Below are positions 1 to 10,844 of a DNA stretch of 64,000 bases, piece after piece (the first letter of the stretch is position 1; each line of letters opens with the position of its first letter). A program made the translations under genes and the position numbers. Source of the DNA: Candidatus Tayloriibacteriota bacterium (GTDB lineage Bacteria; Patescibacteriota; Minisyncoccia; Phycocordibacterales; PALSA-1337); contig JANNAN010000013.1 of NCBI GenBank assembly GCA_031384385.1, positions 6,015 to 70,014 on the forward strand. The letters are read 5' to 3'. The notes under the pieces are model-generated. The model searched no databases. It was not told where the DNA came from and saw only the letters and a list, made by a program, of their open reading frames with translations.

Positions 1-1211
1 TTGGAAAGTATAGTTTCTTTTAAAAAATTTACAAGGTTATAAATTATGTTAAAAGATTTTATTTGAATTGTTGAACGATCTACCAATGCTTGAGTTTTGG
101 CATCTGGTTTACTATTGAAACTTACAATAATAATACTTGGATCTCCTTGAACTACTTTTATATCATTCTCATTTATATCACCAATACTTTCAGAAACTAT
201 TTTGATTTTTACTTTATCATTTTTAATCTTTGCTAATTCATGTTTTATTCCTTCGAGACTTCCTATAACATCTGCTTTTATAATAATCGGAATAATAACT
301 GTTGTATCATTTTCGTCGCGTCTTATGGACTGAGTCTTTTTTGTATTTGATTTTAATTTAAATTCATTTGCAAGATTTTCTGCCTCCTTTTTTCCATCAC
401 AAGTAATGAATATTGCGCCAACTGTTGGGATTTTATTAAATCCAATAACTCTGACTGGACTTGAAAAACTTGCAGACTTAATTGCTTTACCTTGATAATC
501 TTCAAAAATACGAACAGGAGATATTGCATCTTCAGCAACTATATATTGACCAGATTGTAATGTTCCATTTTTAATGAGTAGAGTAGCTGAAATTCCTTTT
601 TTATTATCCAGTTTTGCTTCAATAATAGCTCCTTCAGCAAGAGCATTTAAATCTGCTTTTAAATCTTGTAAATCTGTTACAAGTAAAATCATATCTAATA
701 ATTCATCAATACCAGTACCTTTTATGGCTGAAATTGGAACTACAGGAATATCACCACCGAATCCTTCAACATAAACTTCATTTTCTGCGAGACTGGCTTT
801 TGTAACTTCTACATTTGCACCAGGTTTATCAATTTTATTTATTGCAACAATATATGGAATTTTTTCTGCAAGAATACATTTTAGAGCTTCAAGTGTTTGA
901 GGCTTAACTCCGTCTTCAGCTGATACAACAAGAACAGCAACATCAGCAACTTGTGCACCTCTTTCGCGAATACTACAAAAAGCTTCATGTCCTGGAGTGT
1001 CTAGAAAAGTTATTTTTCCATCTTTGCCGGCACTAGTTGTATGGGCAACTTCATATGCACCAAGGTGTTGAGTAATACCTCCAGCTTCACCAGCAACAAT
1101 ATTCGCTTTTCGAATATAATCTAGGAGGGTAGATTTACCATGATCAATATGACCCATGATAACAACCACAGGAGAACGCTTTATTAAGTTAGGGGTAATT
1201 TTTGCTGGCAT
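1..1211 (-). CDS. infB: translation initiation factor IF-2, short N-terminus; C-terminal part continues past window start
   Basis: Minus-strand ORF starts ATG at 1211-1209, preceded by GGAGG, and stays open to position 1 (missed by ORF track because no stop in window). Translation shows GTPase motifs [29 protein letters not shown] followed by IF-2 domain II/C-like sequence. Confidence 0.8.
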   Translation of the reverse strand, partial: MPAKITPNLIKRSPVVVIMGHIDHGKSTLLDYIRKANIVAGEAGGITQHLGAYEVAHTTSAGKDGKITFLDTPGHEAFCSIRERGAQVADVAVLVVSAEDGVKPQTLEALKCILAEKIPYIVAINKIDKPGANVEVTKASLAENEVYVEGFGGDIPVVPISAIKGTGIDELLDMILLVTDLQDLKADLNALAEGAIIEAKLDNKKGISATLLIKNGTLQSGQYIVAEDAISPVRIFEDYQGKAIKSASFSSPVRVIGFNKIPTVGAIFITCDGKKEAENLANEFKLKSNTKKTQSIRRDENDTTVIIPIIIKADVIGSLEGIKHELAKIKNDKVKIKIVSESIGDINENDIKVVQGDPSIIIVSFNSKPDAKTQALVDRSTIQIKSFNIIYNLVNFLKETILS

Positions 1212-1274
1212 GTTAGTAAAATTAACAGATTCCTAATATATCAGGAAAAATGAGTAATGGCAATGGAGAATGGA

Positions 1275-1751
1275 TTATCTAGCAACCTTTTTTGCTTCTA
1301 CAACAGACTCCTTTTCTTCGTCAGAAAGTTCATATTCTGAAACTCCATTTTTAATTGGTTTTGAAAATATACTTGTATGTTCACGAGAATATAGACTTGA
1401 AATGACAACTCCATCATTTTCTTCATTTAAGAATGTTGTAGCGAAGCTTTGATTGCCACCAGAACCTGTGCCTTTGAAAGGATTAAAACGAATTGTGCTA
1501 ACAGCTTGAACACTTTTCTTTATTCTCTTTTCTACTGTTGTTAAATATTTTTCCAAATCAATTCTAAAAGTTTCAAGCTCTTTTATTGAATCATTCATTG
1601 AGGAAATAGAATCATCTAAGTTTTTTGAGGAAGAACCGATAAGAAATTTTTTCAATTTTAAATGTAAATGTATAACAATACTGATAAGCACTAAAATAGC
1701 GATAATTAAGATAATAAATCCAATAGTTGTTGAATCCATTGTAAAGTTCAT
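1275..1751 (-). CDS. hypothetical membrane-anchored protein (N-terminal TM helix, coiled-coil middle)
   Basis: 158-aa ORF with hydrophobic N-terminus IGFIILIIAILVLISIVI then charged/coiled segment. No recognisable catalytic motif. Confidence 0.45.
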   Translation of the reverse strand: MNFTMDSTTIGFIILIIAILVLISIVIHLHLKLKKFLIGSSSKNLDDSISSMNDSIKELETFRIDLEKYLTTVEKRIKKSVQAVSTIRFNPFKGTGSGGNQSFATTFLNEENDGVVISSLYSREHTSIFSKPIKNGVSEYELSDEEKESVVEAKKVAR

Positions 1752-1779
1752 AATAGAAGTATAGAATACTTTTTAAGAT

Positions 1780-2868
1780 ATGAAAAGAATTTATCTTGAT
1801 TATGCCTCACTTACACCATTAGATAAAGGGGTAATGAAGGAAATAAGGAAATACTCAACTGAGGAATATACCAATCCTTCAGCTCTTTATGTTTCAGCAA
1901 TTAATGCAAAAAATGCGATTGAAGATGCAAAAATTAGAATTGCAAAGGTAATTCATGCTCATTCAGATGAAATAGTATTTACTTCTGGTGGAACAGAATC
2001 AAATCATTTAATTTTAAAAGAATTTCAGGACAATCAGATTATTATTAGCAATATTGAACATTCTTCAATAATTAAAAATACAAAAGCAATTCATATTCCA
2101 GTTGATAAAGACGGAATTGTAGATTTGGAAATTCTCAAAAAATATATTACTCCAGAAATTAAATTAGTTTCTATAATGCTAGTAAACAATGAAATTGGAT
2201 CTATTCAGCCGATTCAAGAAATTGCAAAAATTGTTAGAGATTTTAAAAAGAATTCAGGCGGACAGTTCCCACTTTTACATACTGATGCATGCCAAGCTAT
2301 GATTCATTTGCCAATTTATATTGAAAAATTAGGTGTAGATCTACTAACCCTTGATGGTCATAAAATATATGGACCAAGAGGAATTGGAATGCTTTATATA
2401 AAAAGAGGAACTTTGAATATTCATAGAGCTGGTACAGAAAATGTCGCTGGAATTATGGGATTCGTATATGCGATGGAAATTGCAGAAAAAATGAGAGAAA
2501 AGGAAACATTAAGAATTACAGAATTAAAAAATTATTTTATAAATGAATTAATTAAAATAAATTCAGAAATTAATCTACGATATGAGTATTCTCTTAAAAT
2601 TAATGGAAATTTACAAACTTCAAGTCCACATATATTAAATATTTCTATTTCAAATATTGATAATGAATTTTTTCTACTTCAATTAGATGCAAAGGGAATT
2701 GAAATTTCTACAAAAAGTGCATGCCTGACAGATGAAAATGAATCTTATGTTTTAAGGGCCATAGGTGCAAATTCAAAAAATTCATTAAGATTTTCATTTG
2801 GAAAATATACAAAAAAATCAGATTTAAAATTTACAATTAAAATCATTAAAAAACTTTTACAGAAATAG
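1780..2868 (+). CDS. cysteine desulfurase / class V aminotransferase (IscS/NifS-like)
   Basis: 362 aa. DYASLTP start, SGGTESNHL, PLP-lysine context TLDGHKIYGPRGIGMLYI, C-terminal SAC motif typical of the NifS/IscS family. Confidence 0.75.
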   Translation: MKRIYLDYASLTPLDKGVMKEIRKYSTEEYTNPSALYVSAINAKNAIEDAKIRIAKVIHAHSDEIVFTSGGTESNHLILKEFQDNQIIISNIEHSSIIKNTKAIHIPVDKDGIVDLEILKKYITPEIKLVSIMLVNNEIGSIQPIQEIAKIVRDFKKNSGGQFPLLHTDACQAMIHLPIYIEKLGVDLLTLDGHKIYGPRGIGMLYIKRGTLNIHRAGTENVAGIMGFVYAMEIAEKMREKETLRITELKNYFINELIKINSEINLRYEYSLKINGNLQTSSPHILNISISNIDNEFFLLQLDAKGIEISTKSACLTDENESYVLRAIGANSKNSLRFSFGKYTKKSDLKFTIKIIKKLLQK

Positions 2869-2910
2869 TCGAAAATGCTATAATAGTTAAATAATAAGCA
2901 ATATAGCCAT

Positions 2911-5583
2911 ATGCCACCATTAACAAACTTTACAACTAAAGCCAAAGAAGCCATTCGTAGAGCACACGAATTGGCTATTGAGCGTGGAATGAATCATGTA
3001 AATCCAGTACATCTTATGTGCGCATTGATTTTACAAGAAGAAGGTATGGTTACTTCTATTTTAGAAAAACTCGAAGTAGATACTATGTTTCTGACGGATC
3101 TGATCCTTGAACAGATAGAAGCACCAGAAGCAGGAAAAACACTCTCACCTTCATATCAGATTTACATTACTCCAGAATTAGCTGCTGTTTTTGAAAATGC
3201 TGGCAAATTTTCTGCTGGTTTAAAAGACGAATTTATATCCACAGAGCATCTATTTGTAGCACTTTTTGATGTTCTTGGACCAGCAAAAGATATTTTGACC
3301 AGATTCAAAATTCAAAAAGTAAATGTTACGGAAATAATTAAAGAATTAAAGTCCTCAGATTTTGTTGGTGAACAAAAGCCAAAGCAATACAGAACTCTTT
3401 CAAAATATGCTAGAAGTCTTACAAAATTAGCAAAAGAAAATAAATTAGATCCAGTCATCGGAAGAGACAATGAGATTTTAAGAATTATTCAAATTCTTTC
3501 TCGAAGAACAAAAAATAATCCTATTTTAATAGGAGAAGCTGGTGTTGGAAAAACAGCAATTATTGAAGGTCTTGCTATCAGAATGGCACAGGGAGATATT
3601 CCAGAATCATTAAAAGACAAAGAATTGATCTCTCTTGACCTAGGTTCTCTTATCGCTGGTACGAAATATCGCGGAGAATTTGAAGAAAGATTAAAAAATA
3701 TTCTAAAAGAGGTTGAAAGAGCTGAAGGTAAGATTATTCTATTTATTGATGAAATTCATACAATTGTTGGCGCAGGAGCTTCTGAAGGTTCGATGGATGC
3801 ATCAAATATGTTAAAGCCAGCTCTTTCTAGGGGGGAACTTCGTGCTATAGGAGCTACAACACTTCGTGAATATCAAAAACATATTGAAAAAGATCCTGCT
3901 TTAACTCGTCGTTTCCAACCAGTATTTGTTAATGAACCATCTACAGAAGATGCTATTGCTATTCTTCGTGGTCTTAAAGAAAAATATGAACTTTTTCATG
4001 GTGTAAGAATTACTGATGAAGCTGTTGTTGCAGCTGTAAATCTTTCAACTCGATATATTTCTGATAGATTTTTACCCGATAAAGTTGTAGATCTTGTAGA
4101 CGAAGCTGCTTCTGCTTTGAAAATTTCTCTTGAAAATATGCCACCACTTCTTGAAGAAACTCGAAGAAAAATTATGCGTTTGGAAATTGAAAGAGAAGCT
4201 TTGAAAAAAGAATCAAATAAAGATGCAAAAACAAGAATGCATAAAATTGAAAAAGATATTGCAGATTTGAAAGAAAGTACTTCCGAACTTGAATTAAAAT
4301 GGACAAATGAAAAAAATACCATTACAGATATAAAAAAGATTAAAAAAGACCTTGAAACTCTTCGTATTGAGGCTGAAGCAGCAGAAGCTCGTGCCGATTT
4401 GTCAAAAGCTGCAGAAATTCGTTATGGAAAAATTCCAGATTTGGAAAAAGATTTAGAAATAAAAAGTAAGCGTTTGAAAAAATTACAGTCATCTCGTCGA
4501 ATTTTGAAAGAGGAGATTACAGAAGCAGATATTGCTGATGTTGTTGCTAGATGGACTGGAATTCCAGTTGCAAAAATGATGGAAGAAGAAGCTCAAAAAC
4601 TTGCTAAAATGGAAGAAAATTTGAAGAAACGTCTTGTTGGTCAAGACGAAGCTGTAAAAAAGATTTCAGATACAATAAAACGCTCTCGTGCTGGAATTGC
4701 AGATCCCAATCGTCCAATAGGTTCATTTATTTTTCTTGGTCCAACTGGAGTTGGAAAAACAGAGCTCACAAAATCTCTTGCAGAATTTTTATTCAATGAT
4801 GAAAAAGCATTGATTCGTATTGATATGTCTGAATTTATGGAAAAACATTCAGTTTCAAAACTGATCGGTGCTCCTCCTGGGTATATTGGCCATGATGAGG
4901 GTGGAAGTTTTACAGAACTTATTCGTCGTCGTCCATATTCTGTAATTCTTTTTGATGAAATTGAAAAAGCTCATCCAGAAATATTTAATATATTACTTCA
5001 AGTTCTCGATAATGGCCGTCTAACTGATTCAAAGGGTAGAACTGTAAATTTTAAAAATACAGTTATTGTAATGACTTCTAATATTGGTGCTCAATTCATT
5101 GAAAAAATGGAGAAGATTGGATTCGTAAATAATAGCAATAATCCTGAAAAAGATAATTATGATGAAGCAAAGACAAAAGTCATGGCTTCATTGAAAGACT
5201 ATTTCCGTCCAGAATTTTTGAATCGTGTTGATGATATTATTCTATTTGATATTTTAAGTAGAGAATCGATTGAAAAAATTGTAAAAATTCAAATTGACAT
5301 TATAATTGAAAGATTAAAATCGAAAGATATAAATCTAACTATTTCTCCTGAAGTTTTTAGTTATCTTGCAAAAGAAGGTTATAATCCACAATACGGAGCT
5401 AGACCATTGAAGAGATTGATTCAAAATAAAATATTGACTCCAGTTGCTGGGTTTATGATTTCTCAAGGTGTTATTAAGGGTGGAAGTATTCATGTTGGAC
5501 TAAAGAACGATGAATTTACTTTTGAAATTAAAAAGAAAAAGAAGGGAAATGGGCAGATGATGCTGCAGGAGAAGGTGGTTTAG
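2911..5583 (+). CDS. clpB: ClpB disaggregase chaperone (AAA+, two NBDs plus coiled-coil M domain)
   Basis: 890 aa. Clp N domain, Walker [11 protein letters not shown] and second [10 protein letters not shown], long coiled-coil between NBD1 and NBD2, C-terminal GARPLKR motif. Confidence 0.9.
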   Translation: MPPLTNFTTKAKEAIRRAHELAIERGMNHVNPVHLMCALILQEEGMVTSILEKLEVDTMFLTDLILEQIEAPEAGKTLSPSYQIYITPELAAVFENAGKFSAGLKDEFISTEHLFVALFDVLGPAKDILTRFKIQKVNVTEIIKELKSSDFVGEQKPKQYRTLSKYARSLTKLAKENKLDPVIGRDNEILRIIQILSRRTKNNPILIGEAGVGKTAIIEGLAIRMAQGDIPESLKDKELISLDLGSLIAGTKYRGEFEERLKNILKEVERAEGKIILFIDEIHTIVGAGASEGSMDASNMLKPALSRGELRAIGATTLREYQKHIEKDPALTRRFQPVFVNEPSTEDAIAILRGLKEKYELFHGVRITDEAVVAAVNLSTRYISDRFLPDKVVDLVDEAASALKISLENMPPLLEETRRKIMRLEIEREALKKESNKDAKTRMHKIEKDIADLKESTSELELKWTNEKNTITDIKKIKKDLETLRIEAEAAEARADLSKAAEIRYGKIPDLEKDLEIKSKRLKKLQSSRRILKEEITEADIADVVARWTGIPVAKMMEEEAQKLAKMEENLKKRLVGQDEAVKKISDTIKRSRAGIADPNRPIGSFIFLGPTGVGKTELTKSLAEFLFNDEKALIRIDMSEFMEKHSVSKLIGAPPGYIGHDEGGSFTELIRRRPYSVILFDEIEKAHPEIFNILLQVLDNGRLTDSKGRTVNFKNTVIVMTSNIGAQFIEKMEKIGFVNNSNNPEKDNYDEAKTKVMASLKDYFRPEFLNRVDDIILFDILSRESIEKIVKIQIDIIIERLKSKDINLTISPEVFSYLAKEGYNPQYGARPLKRLIQNKILTPVAGFMISQGVIKGGSIHVGLKNDEFTFEIKKKKKGNGQMMLQEKVV

Positions 5584-5629
5584 CCTTTTCCTGTTGCCGA
5601 AACCATAAAATCTGGTAAACTCTTGATAT

Positions 5630-5714
5630 GCGTCGGTCGGATAGCGGCTATTCCAGGAGACTGTAAATCTCCGGCCTTCGGGCATCACTGGTTCGAGTCC
5701 AGTCCGACGCACCA
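5630..5714 (+). tRNA. tRNA-Tyr (GTA), type II with long variable arm, CCA encoded
   Basis: Acceptor GCGTCGG/CCGACGC, anticodon stem AGGAGA/TCTCC with loop CTGTAAA, long variable arm GGCCTTCGGGC, T-arm GGTTCGAGTCC, ends ACCA. Confidence 0.8.
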
Positions 5715-5723
5715 GAAAAAGAA

Positions 5724-5755
5724 AAATCACTCTATGTTTAAGAGTGATTTTTCTT
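5724..5755 (+). terminator. rho-independent terminator after tRNA-Tyr
   Basis: Hairpin AATCACTCT..AGAGTGATT followed by TTTTCTTTT. Confidence 0.6.
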
Positions 5756-5759
5756 TTGA

Positions 5760-6887
5760 TTAAATTAAAACTCTTTTTAATTGTCCCGGAATCTTTACCA
5801 CTATTTCATATGAAATAGTTCCACAATCTCTAGCTATATTTTCTATTGAATTTTTATCTTCTTTAATATTACTCATCACAATAACTTCGTCTTCTAATTT
5901 AATTGAATTAATTCCAGTCACATCAACGATTGTAATATTCATACTAATTCTTCCAATGATTGGGCAGAAAATATTTTTTATTTTTACAAAACCATTATTA
6001 GAAAGTCTTCTGTCCAAACCTTCGTAATATCCGACAGGAATAAGTGCCACAGTCATATTTTCTTCTGCCTTAAATGTAAAACCATATCCGAGTCTATCTC
6101 CAGCTTTTATTTTTTTGATTCCAGTAATAATAGTCTTCATTTCAAGAACTGGTTTTAAATTTAATCCTTGAATATTTATCAATCCATAAAGCCCGATTCC
6201 AAGTCGTGTAAGATTTGCTTCAGCTTCTTTATAAATATATCCAGCACTAGCGCTAATATGCCAATATTTTAGAGTAAGAAATTGTTCTTTAAAATATTTT
6301 ACAGAATTATTCCATTCTTTTATTTGATTATTTGTAAATGTAGTATCAGAATTATCTGCATCAGCAAAATGAGAACAAATTCCTTCTATAATTATATTTG
6401 AATTGTTCCTAATTAAATCTATAGCTTCATTTTTTTCTTCATGAAGAATTCCTTGTCTATGCATTCCCGTATCTATTTTTAAATGAATTCTTGTTTTTGA
6501 TTTGATTAATTTCAAAGAATCAATTGAACTAATTACATAAATAATATCTTTTAATTTTGAATTATTTATATTTTCTGATCTAACATAACCAACTATCAGT
6601 AGGGGAGTTTTAATTCCTTCATTTCTTAATGACTGTGCTTCAAAATATGAATCAATTATAAAAAAAGGAGTATTTTCTTTTTCTAATGCTTGTGAAATTA
6701 GATTAATTCCATGTCCGTACGCATTACTTTTTAGAACTGGAGCTACTTGATGGCTGGATGCTAATCTACTAAATTCATTTAAATTATTTAATAAATTTGA
6801 CTGTGATAGAGAAAGAGTGATAAGGGGGTTAATTGAATTGTGGCTTGAATTATATAGCTTTATTAGCTTTTTAAGCAGTTTTTTCAT
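5760..6887 (-). CDS. alr: alanine racemase
   Basis: 375 aa. PLP-binding motif VLKSNAYGHG near N-terminus and overall Alr architecture (TIM barrel N-domain, beta C-domain). Confidence 0.85.
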   Translation of the reverse strand: MKKLLKKLIKLYNSSHNSINPLITLSLSQSNLLNNLNEFSRLASSHQVAPVLKSNAYGHGINLISQALEKENTPFFIIDSYFEAQSLRNEGIKTPLLIVGYVRSENINNSKLKDIIYVISSIDSLKLIKSKTRIHLKIDTGMHRQGILHEEKNEAIDLIRNNSNIIIEGICSHFADADNSDTTFTNNQIKEWNNSVKYFKEQFLTLKYWHISASAGYIYKEAEANLTRLGIGLYGLINIQGLNLKPVLEMKTIITGIKKIKAGDRLGYGFTFKAEENMTVALIPVGYYEGLDRRLSNNGFVKIKNIFCPIIGRISMNITIVDVTGINSIKLEDEVIVMSNIKEDKNSIENIARDCGTISYEIVVKIPGQLKRVLI

Positions 6888-7075
6888 AAATGTATTGTAC
6901 CTTTATTTGAATGGCAAGCCACCTTGACTTTGTTTATTATTTATGCTAATATTATCACTAGTCAAATAACGGGACAAAAGTCCCAATTTTGTTCTTCGAC
7001 AAATCAATACTAAAACTCATGGATGTGAGTTTTTATTTTTGTTTGATACAGAATAACAGTTACGGAGGAAAAATT

Positions 7076-7318
7076 ATGAAAATGAAAAAATGGTTGGTAA
7101 TTCTCATTGCTGTTAATCTTATGCTTTTGGGATACATTTTTGTGCCCAAGAATAAGGATTATGATCAGAAGCTTATGGATTCCGCCGCGATGGTGAATCC
7201 GATTACGTCTAGTTGTGTGCCGACAGTCAAAATAACTGCAGCACAGACGACTGAAAAGTCTTTGAACAAGCTAGGGCTCAGTTTGAGTAATAGCTTCAGT
7301 GTTGGTATCAAGAAATAA
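7076..7318 (+). CDS. small signal-peptide/membrane protein
   Basis: GGAGG RBS 7 nt upstream of ATG 7076. MKMKKWLVILIAVNLMLLGYIF hydrophobic N-terminus. The track ORF 6989-7318 probably starts too early. Confidence 0.35.
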   Translation: MKMKKWLVILIAVNLMLLGYIFVPKNKDYDQKLMDSAAMVNPITSSCVPTVKITAAQTTEKSLNKLGLSLSNSFSVGIKK

Positions 7319-7367
7319 AATCAGAAACGAAAAACAATTCAAACAAACAAAAACTACAGAAAAGAAT

Positions 7368-8459
7368 ATGAAAAAGATTATTGGCTTTGTGCTCGCTTCA
7401 ATCTTTACCTTCTGCACTTGTGTGCAGGTTCAAGGTCAAGAAGTCATCATTAATCCGTTGAATGTCGCTCGGGCTTTCGCCTTGAAGACACCAACACATT
7501 TCCACTGCTCTTTGCAGGGATTGGCATTTGTCAGCAATAGTTGGCAAAACATCAATATGGAATTCGTGATGAGAAAGTCTGACTTCGGCATTACGAATCT
7601 GACAATCAACGGCGTTGCCATTGATTTGCCAGAGCCGATCTACGGACTTCCGATTGGTGCTGGTGGATTCATTAAGGATGTTTGGCTTAATGTAACAGCA
7701 AAAACTAGTCATGGTGAATATGCTGGGAATGGCTACCTTCAAAAACCCATTGTTCTAAAAAGTGATCATTTGGATGTTGAAATTCGTCCTGCTGACATTA
7801 AGCAGGAAATTCCAATTGATGTTGGTATTTATGGAAATGACATTCGCATGGATATTGAGGGAGTTACATTTGGTTACGGTTATGGTGTCAGTGATGGAAA
7901 GTTTTATGTGTATCTTCCACCAGTTGGCGGCAGGTATCACTATATCCTTCGTCGCTGGAGTGATGGTTCAATCATCGGTGATGGTTGGGTTGAACCTTTC
8001 AAAGACACTGTAACTGCAAACAATACATATCTTGGAATTCACTACATTGGTAATGTTCTGGGAATTGAATTCCCGAATCAAATCGGTATGGAAGATTGGA
8101 TTGGCGTGAATAATGTTGATCTAAATTGCGAAATTCCTATGACCACAGGGTCTAATGTTCTCGGCAAAGTCATCTTCACAGATGTTGGTGCTGGGAATTT
8201 GGAAATCATGATTTGGGGCGATTTTCGGATTCATGTCCAAGGTGCAATAGGTCAGAATGGGGAAATGCCAAATATTCCTCTCGTTGATAACAGCATTGCG
8301 TATCCTTGGGGTGTGTATACGAAAGTCCACACAACCTCAGGGAATATTGGTAGGGTGGTAATCAGTATCATTCCTAAGCCAAGCAATAGTATTCAAAATC
8401 CGTGGGTTAACCTTCATCGTTTCTACGGCCCACTAAGCATGGATAACGGCAAGGGTTGA
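7368..8459 (+). CDS. hypothetical secreted protein (signal peptide, Gly/Val-rich beta-type repeats)
   Basis: Signal peptide MKKIIGFVLASIFTFCTCVQVQGQ. Gene is visibly GC-richer (~42%) than flanking DNA. No catalytic motif recognised. Confidence 0.5.
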   Translation: MKKIIGFVLASIFTFCTCVQVQGQEVIINPLNVARAFALKTPTHFHCSLQGLAFVSNSWQNINMEFVMRKSDFGITNLTINGVAIDLPEPIYGLPIGAGGFIKDVWLNVTAKTSHGEYAGNGYLQKPIVLKSDHLDVEIRPADIKQEIPIDVGIYGNDIRMDIEGVTFGYGYGVSDGKFYVYLPPVGGRYHYILRRWSDGSIIGDGWVEPFKDTVTANNTYLGIHYIGNVLGIEFPNQIGMEDWIGVNNVDLNCEIPMTTGSNVLGKVIFTDVGAGNLEIMIWGDFRIHVQGAIGQNGEMPNIPLVDNSIAYPWGVYTKVHTTSGNIGRVVISIIPKPSNSIQNPWVNLHRFYGPLSMDNGKG

Positions 8460-8482
8460 GTGTATTGATTGGAAAAACAGTA

Positions 8483-8516
8483 AACTGCAGAGCTTTCGAG
8501 CCCTGCAGTTTTCCTT
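8483..8516 (+). terminator. rho-independent terminator
   Basis: Hairpin built on palindromic CTGCAG arms (ACTGCAGAGC..GCCCTGCAGT) then TTTTCCTTT. Confidence 0.5.
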
Positions 8517-8607
8517 TGCCTTTTTTAATAAAGTAGTATATAGTATTTTAACTATGTCACAGATTCAACTTATACAATTAAAAAATAAAGAAACAGGGGA
8601 GGTTTAT

Positions 8608-8709
8608 ATGAGTCGTAAAAATAAGAAAAAAGTAGAGCGTAAAATTGAATTAAAGAAATTCAGTAAGAAGCTTAGAAAGCATGTTGTCTTTAAAGAAGCA
8701 AAGAAATAA
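8608..8709 (+). CDS. 33-aa lysine-rich small basic protein (function unknown)
   Basis: GGGGAGG RBS 6 nt upstream. MSRKNKKKVERKIELKKFSKKLRKHVVFKEAKK. Immediately followed by terminator hairpin. Below the 60-aa track threshold. Confidence 0.3.
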   Translation: MSRKNKKKVERKIELKKFSKKLRKHVVFKEAKK

Positions 8710-8715
8710 GAAAAT

Positions 8716-8738
8716 AGTCGCCGACAGGCGATTTTTTC
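8716..8738 (+). terminator. rho-independent terminator
   Basis: TCGCC-GACA-GGCGA hairpin followed by TTTTTT. Confidence 0.5.
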
Positions 8739-8776
8739 TTTATTATGATATAGTATTTTGGTTAGTTTCAATGATT

Positions 8777-8847
8777 GGGCGATTGGTGAAGCGGTATCAC
8801 AAACCTCTCCAAAAGGTTTATCGAGGGTTCGACTCCTTCATCGCCCG
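8777..8847 (+). tRNA. tRNA-Trp (CCA), compact 71 nt, CCA not encoded
   Basis: Acceptor GGGCGAT/ATCGCCC, D-stem GTGA/TCAC, anticodon stem AACCT/AGGTT with loop CTCCAAA, T-arm GAGGG-TTCGACT-CCTTC, discriminator G. Confidence 0.65.
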
Positions 8848-8861
8848 CAGAAAGTTTTGAA

Positions 8862-9701
8862 TTATTTATATCTCCTAAACCACAATATCTGTCTCTTTGC
8901 ATAATGCCAAATTTCTGTTTCTAATTGTTTTATCATCTCCTCTTTTGAAATTAATTCACGCAAGTATCTAGAAATATATCGATATTCAAGTCCAAAAGAT
9001 TCCATTCTTTTCCAAGATAAGCCGTTCTTGTGAAGATTATTTACTTCTTCAATCATTCCGTTCAGAAGTCTATTGAGAAGGCGAGTATGAATTCTTCTTC
9101 TCAACTCATCATTTGGTAAATTTAAATTGATCCACTCTATTTGATATGGAGATTTATTTATTTTAATTTTAGGAATTTTACCTAATGTTTTTGAAATTTC
9201 AATTGACCTTATTAATCTAATCTTATTATTTTTTTCAGAATTATTTAAATTTAGAGCAAATTTTTTGTCTAATTTTTTTAGTCTTTCAAAGAGTTCTTCG
9301 GTAGTATTTTTATTTAATTTTTTACGTAAATTCTTATCTTGTGGAACAGATGGATATTCAATATTATTTACAACTGCATCAATATAAAATCCAGTACCAC
9401 CACAAATGATTGGTAATTTGCCACGATTAGAAATATCAGATATTACTTTTTGAGCCAATTTTTTATATTTGCCAACATTAAATTGTTTTTTTGGATCCAA
9501 AATGTCTAAAAGATAATGCGGTACACCTTGCATTTCTTTTTTTGTAATTTTACCAGTTCCAATATCCATTCCTTTATAAACTTGTCTAGAATCAGCAGAA
9601 ATTATTTCGCCATTATGTTTGATAGCATATTGAACAGCAAAGTCACTTTTGCCGACCGCAGTTGGGCCAACAATACAAATCACTTTAATTTTATTTTTCA
9701 T
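8862..9701 (-). CDS. miaA: tRNA dimethylallyltransferase
   Basis: 279 aa. P-loop IVGPTAVGKS, ADSRQVYKGMDIGTGK and HYLLD motifs typical of MiaA. Confidence 0.85.
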   Translation of the reverse strand: MKNKIKVICIVGPTAVGKSDFAVQYAIKHNGEIISADSRQVYKGMDIGTGKITKKEMQGVPHYLLDILDPKKQFNVGKYKKLAQKVISDISNRGKLPIICGGTGFYIDAVVNNIEYPSVPQDKNLRKKLNKNTTEELFERLKKLDKKFALNLNNSEKNNKIRLIRSIEISKTLGKIPKIKINKSPYQIEWINLNLPNDELRRRIHTRLLNRLLNGMIEEVNNLHKNGLSWKRMESFGLEYRYISRYLRELISKEEMIKQLETEIWHYAKRQILWFRRYK

Positions 9702-9705
9702 ACTG

Positions 9706-9787
9706 TGCCGAAGGAGAGACTTGAACTCTCATGGGTTTCCCCGCACGATTTTGAGTCGTGTGCGTATACCAATTCCGCCACTTCGGC
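9706..9787 (-). tRNA. tRNA-Leu (CAA), type II
   Basis: Reverse complement gives acceptor GCCGAAG/CTTCGGC, anticodon stem CACGA/TCGTG with loop CTCAAAA, long variable arm CGGGGAAACCCATG, T-arm GAGAG-TTCAAGT-CTCTC. No encoded CCA. Confidence 0.75.
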
Positions 9788-9844
9788 AATACTGTTAGTC
9801 TACTAAATCTGGCGATAAAATCAATTATGATATAAAATATACCC

Positions 9845-10843
9845 ATGTCATCACAATTTTTTGGAGATTCAATTTTTTGGATAGAAGTAGAAAAGATTAA
9901 ACCAAATCCATATCAGCCGCGTAGAGATTTTGACGAAGCAAGATTAAAAGATCTTTCAGAATCTATTCGTATGTATGGTGTTTTACAACCACTTGTGGTT
10001 ACCCGCAAAGAATTTTCAAAGGAAGATGGAGGTCTTGCTGTTGAGTATGAATTGATTGCAGGAGAACGCCGTTTAAGAGCTTCCAAGCTTGCTGGTCTTC
10101 TACAAGTTCCTGTTCTTATTCGTAATGGTGAAGAAAATGACAAGATGAAGCTTGAATTGGCAATTATTGAAAACCTTCAAAGAGAAGATATAAATTCTGT
10201 AGATCGTGCAAGAGCATTCAATCGTCTTGCTGAAGAATTTGGAATGAAGCATATTCAAATTGCTGAAAAAGTTGGAAAGAGTAGAGAATATGTATCAAAT
10301 ACAATGCGCATTCTTCTTTTGCCAGAAGAAATTCTGAATGGTCTTTCAGAAGGAAAGCTTTCAGAAGGTCATACTCGTCCACTCTTAATGCTTGCTGATA
10401 GGCCAGAAGAGCAGTCTGTTCTTTTTAAAGAAATTGTAATGAAAAAACTAACTGTCCGCGAAGCAGAATCTTATGCTAGAAAAATTGCACAAGATAAGGT
10501 TAGAAAGAAATCTCTTATTGATCCAGAACTTATTGAAATGGAGAATAAATTAAAAGAAAGTCTTGGAACTCGAGTTTCAATTGAAAAAAGAGAAAATGGT
10601 GGAAGAATTACAATTGATTATTTTACTCCAGAAGATATAAGAAATTTCTTAGAAAAGATTTCATTAAATGCTATTTTACCTGTTGTAGATAAATCTTTAG
10701 ATATAATTTCAGATGCTACTCCATTACAAGTTGATGATTCTCCAGAAATGAAAGATAAGCCAGTAGATGATAGAGCTCCAGCAGAGATTGTTGCTGAAGA
10801 AAATACTGAAGATTTGTATTCAGTGAAGAATTTCGGGGTTTAA
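9845..10843 (+). CDS. ParB/Spo0J-like chromosome partitioning protein
   Basis: 332 aa. ParB N-terminal box KPNPYQPRRDFD..LQPLVV..GERRLRASKLAG and HTH region. Confidence 0.8.
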   Translation: MSSQFFGDSIFWIEVEKIKPNPYQPRRDFDEARLKDLSESIRMYGVLQPLVVTRKEFSKEDGGLAVEYELIAGERRLRASKLAGLLQVPVLIRNGEENDKMKLELAIIENLQREDINSVDRARAFNRLAEEFGMKHIQIAEKVGKSREYVSNTMRILLLPEEILNGLSEGKLSEGHTRPLLMLADRPEEQSVLFKEIVMKKLTVREAESYARKIAQDKVRKKSLIDPELIEMENKLKESLGTRVSIEKRENGGRITIDYFTPEDIRNFLEKISLNAILPVVDKSLDIISDATPLQVDDSPEMKDKPVDDRAPAEIVAEENTEDLYSVKNFGV

Positions 10844-10844
10844 T

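Noticed and set aside
5500-5730. Minus-strand 76-aa ORF
   Set aside because: Overlaps tRNA-Tyr and its terminator. Spurious.
8608-8709. Ribosomal protein identity for the 33-aa basic ORF
   Set aside because: Does not match remembered signatures of L32, L33, L34, L35, L36 or S21. Kept only as a low-confidence small ORF.
9516-9806. Plus-strand 96-aa ORF
   Set aside because: Runs antisense through the miaA start and tRNA-Leu. Spurious.
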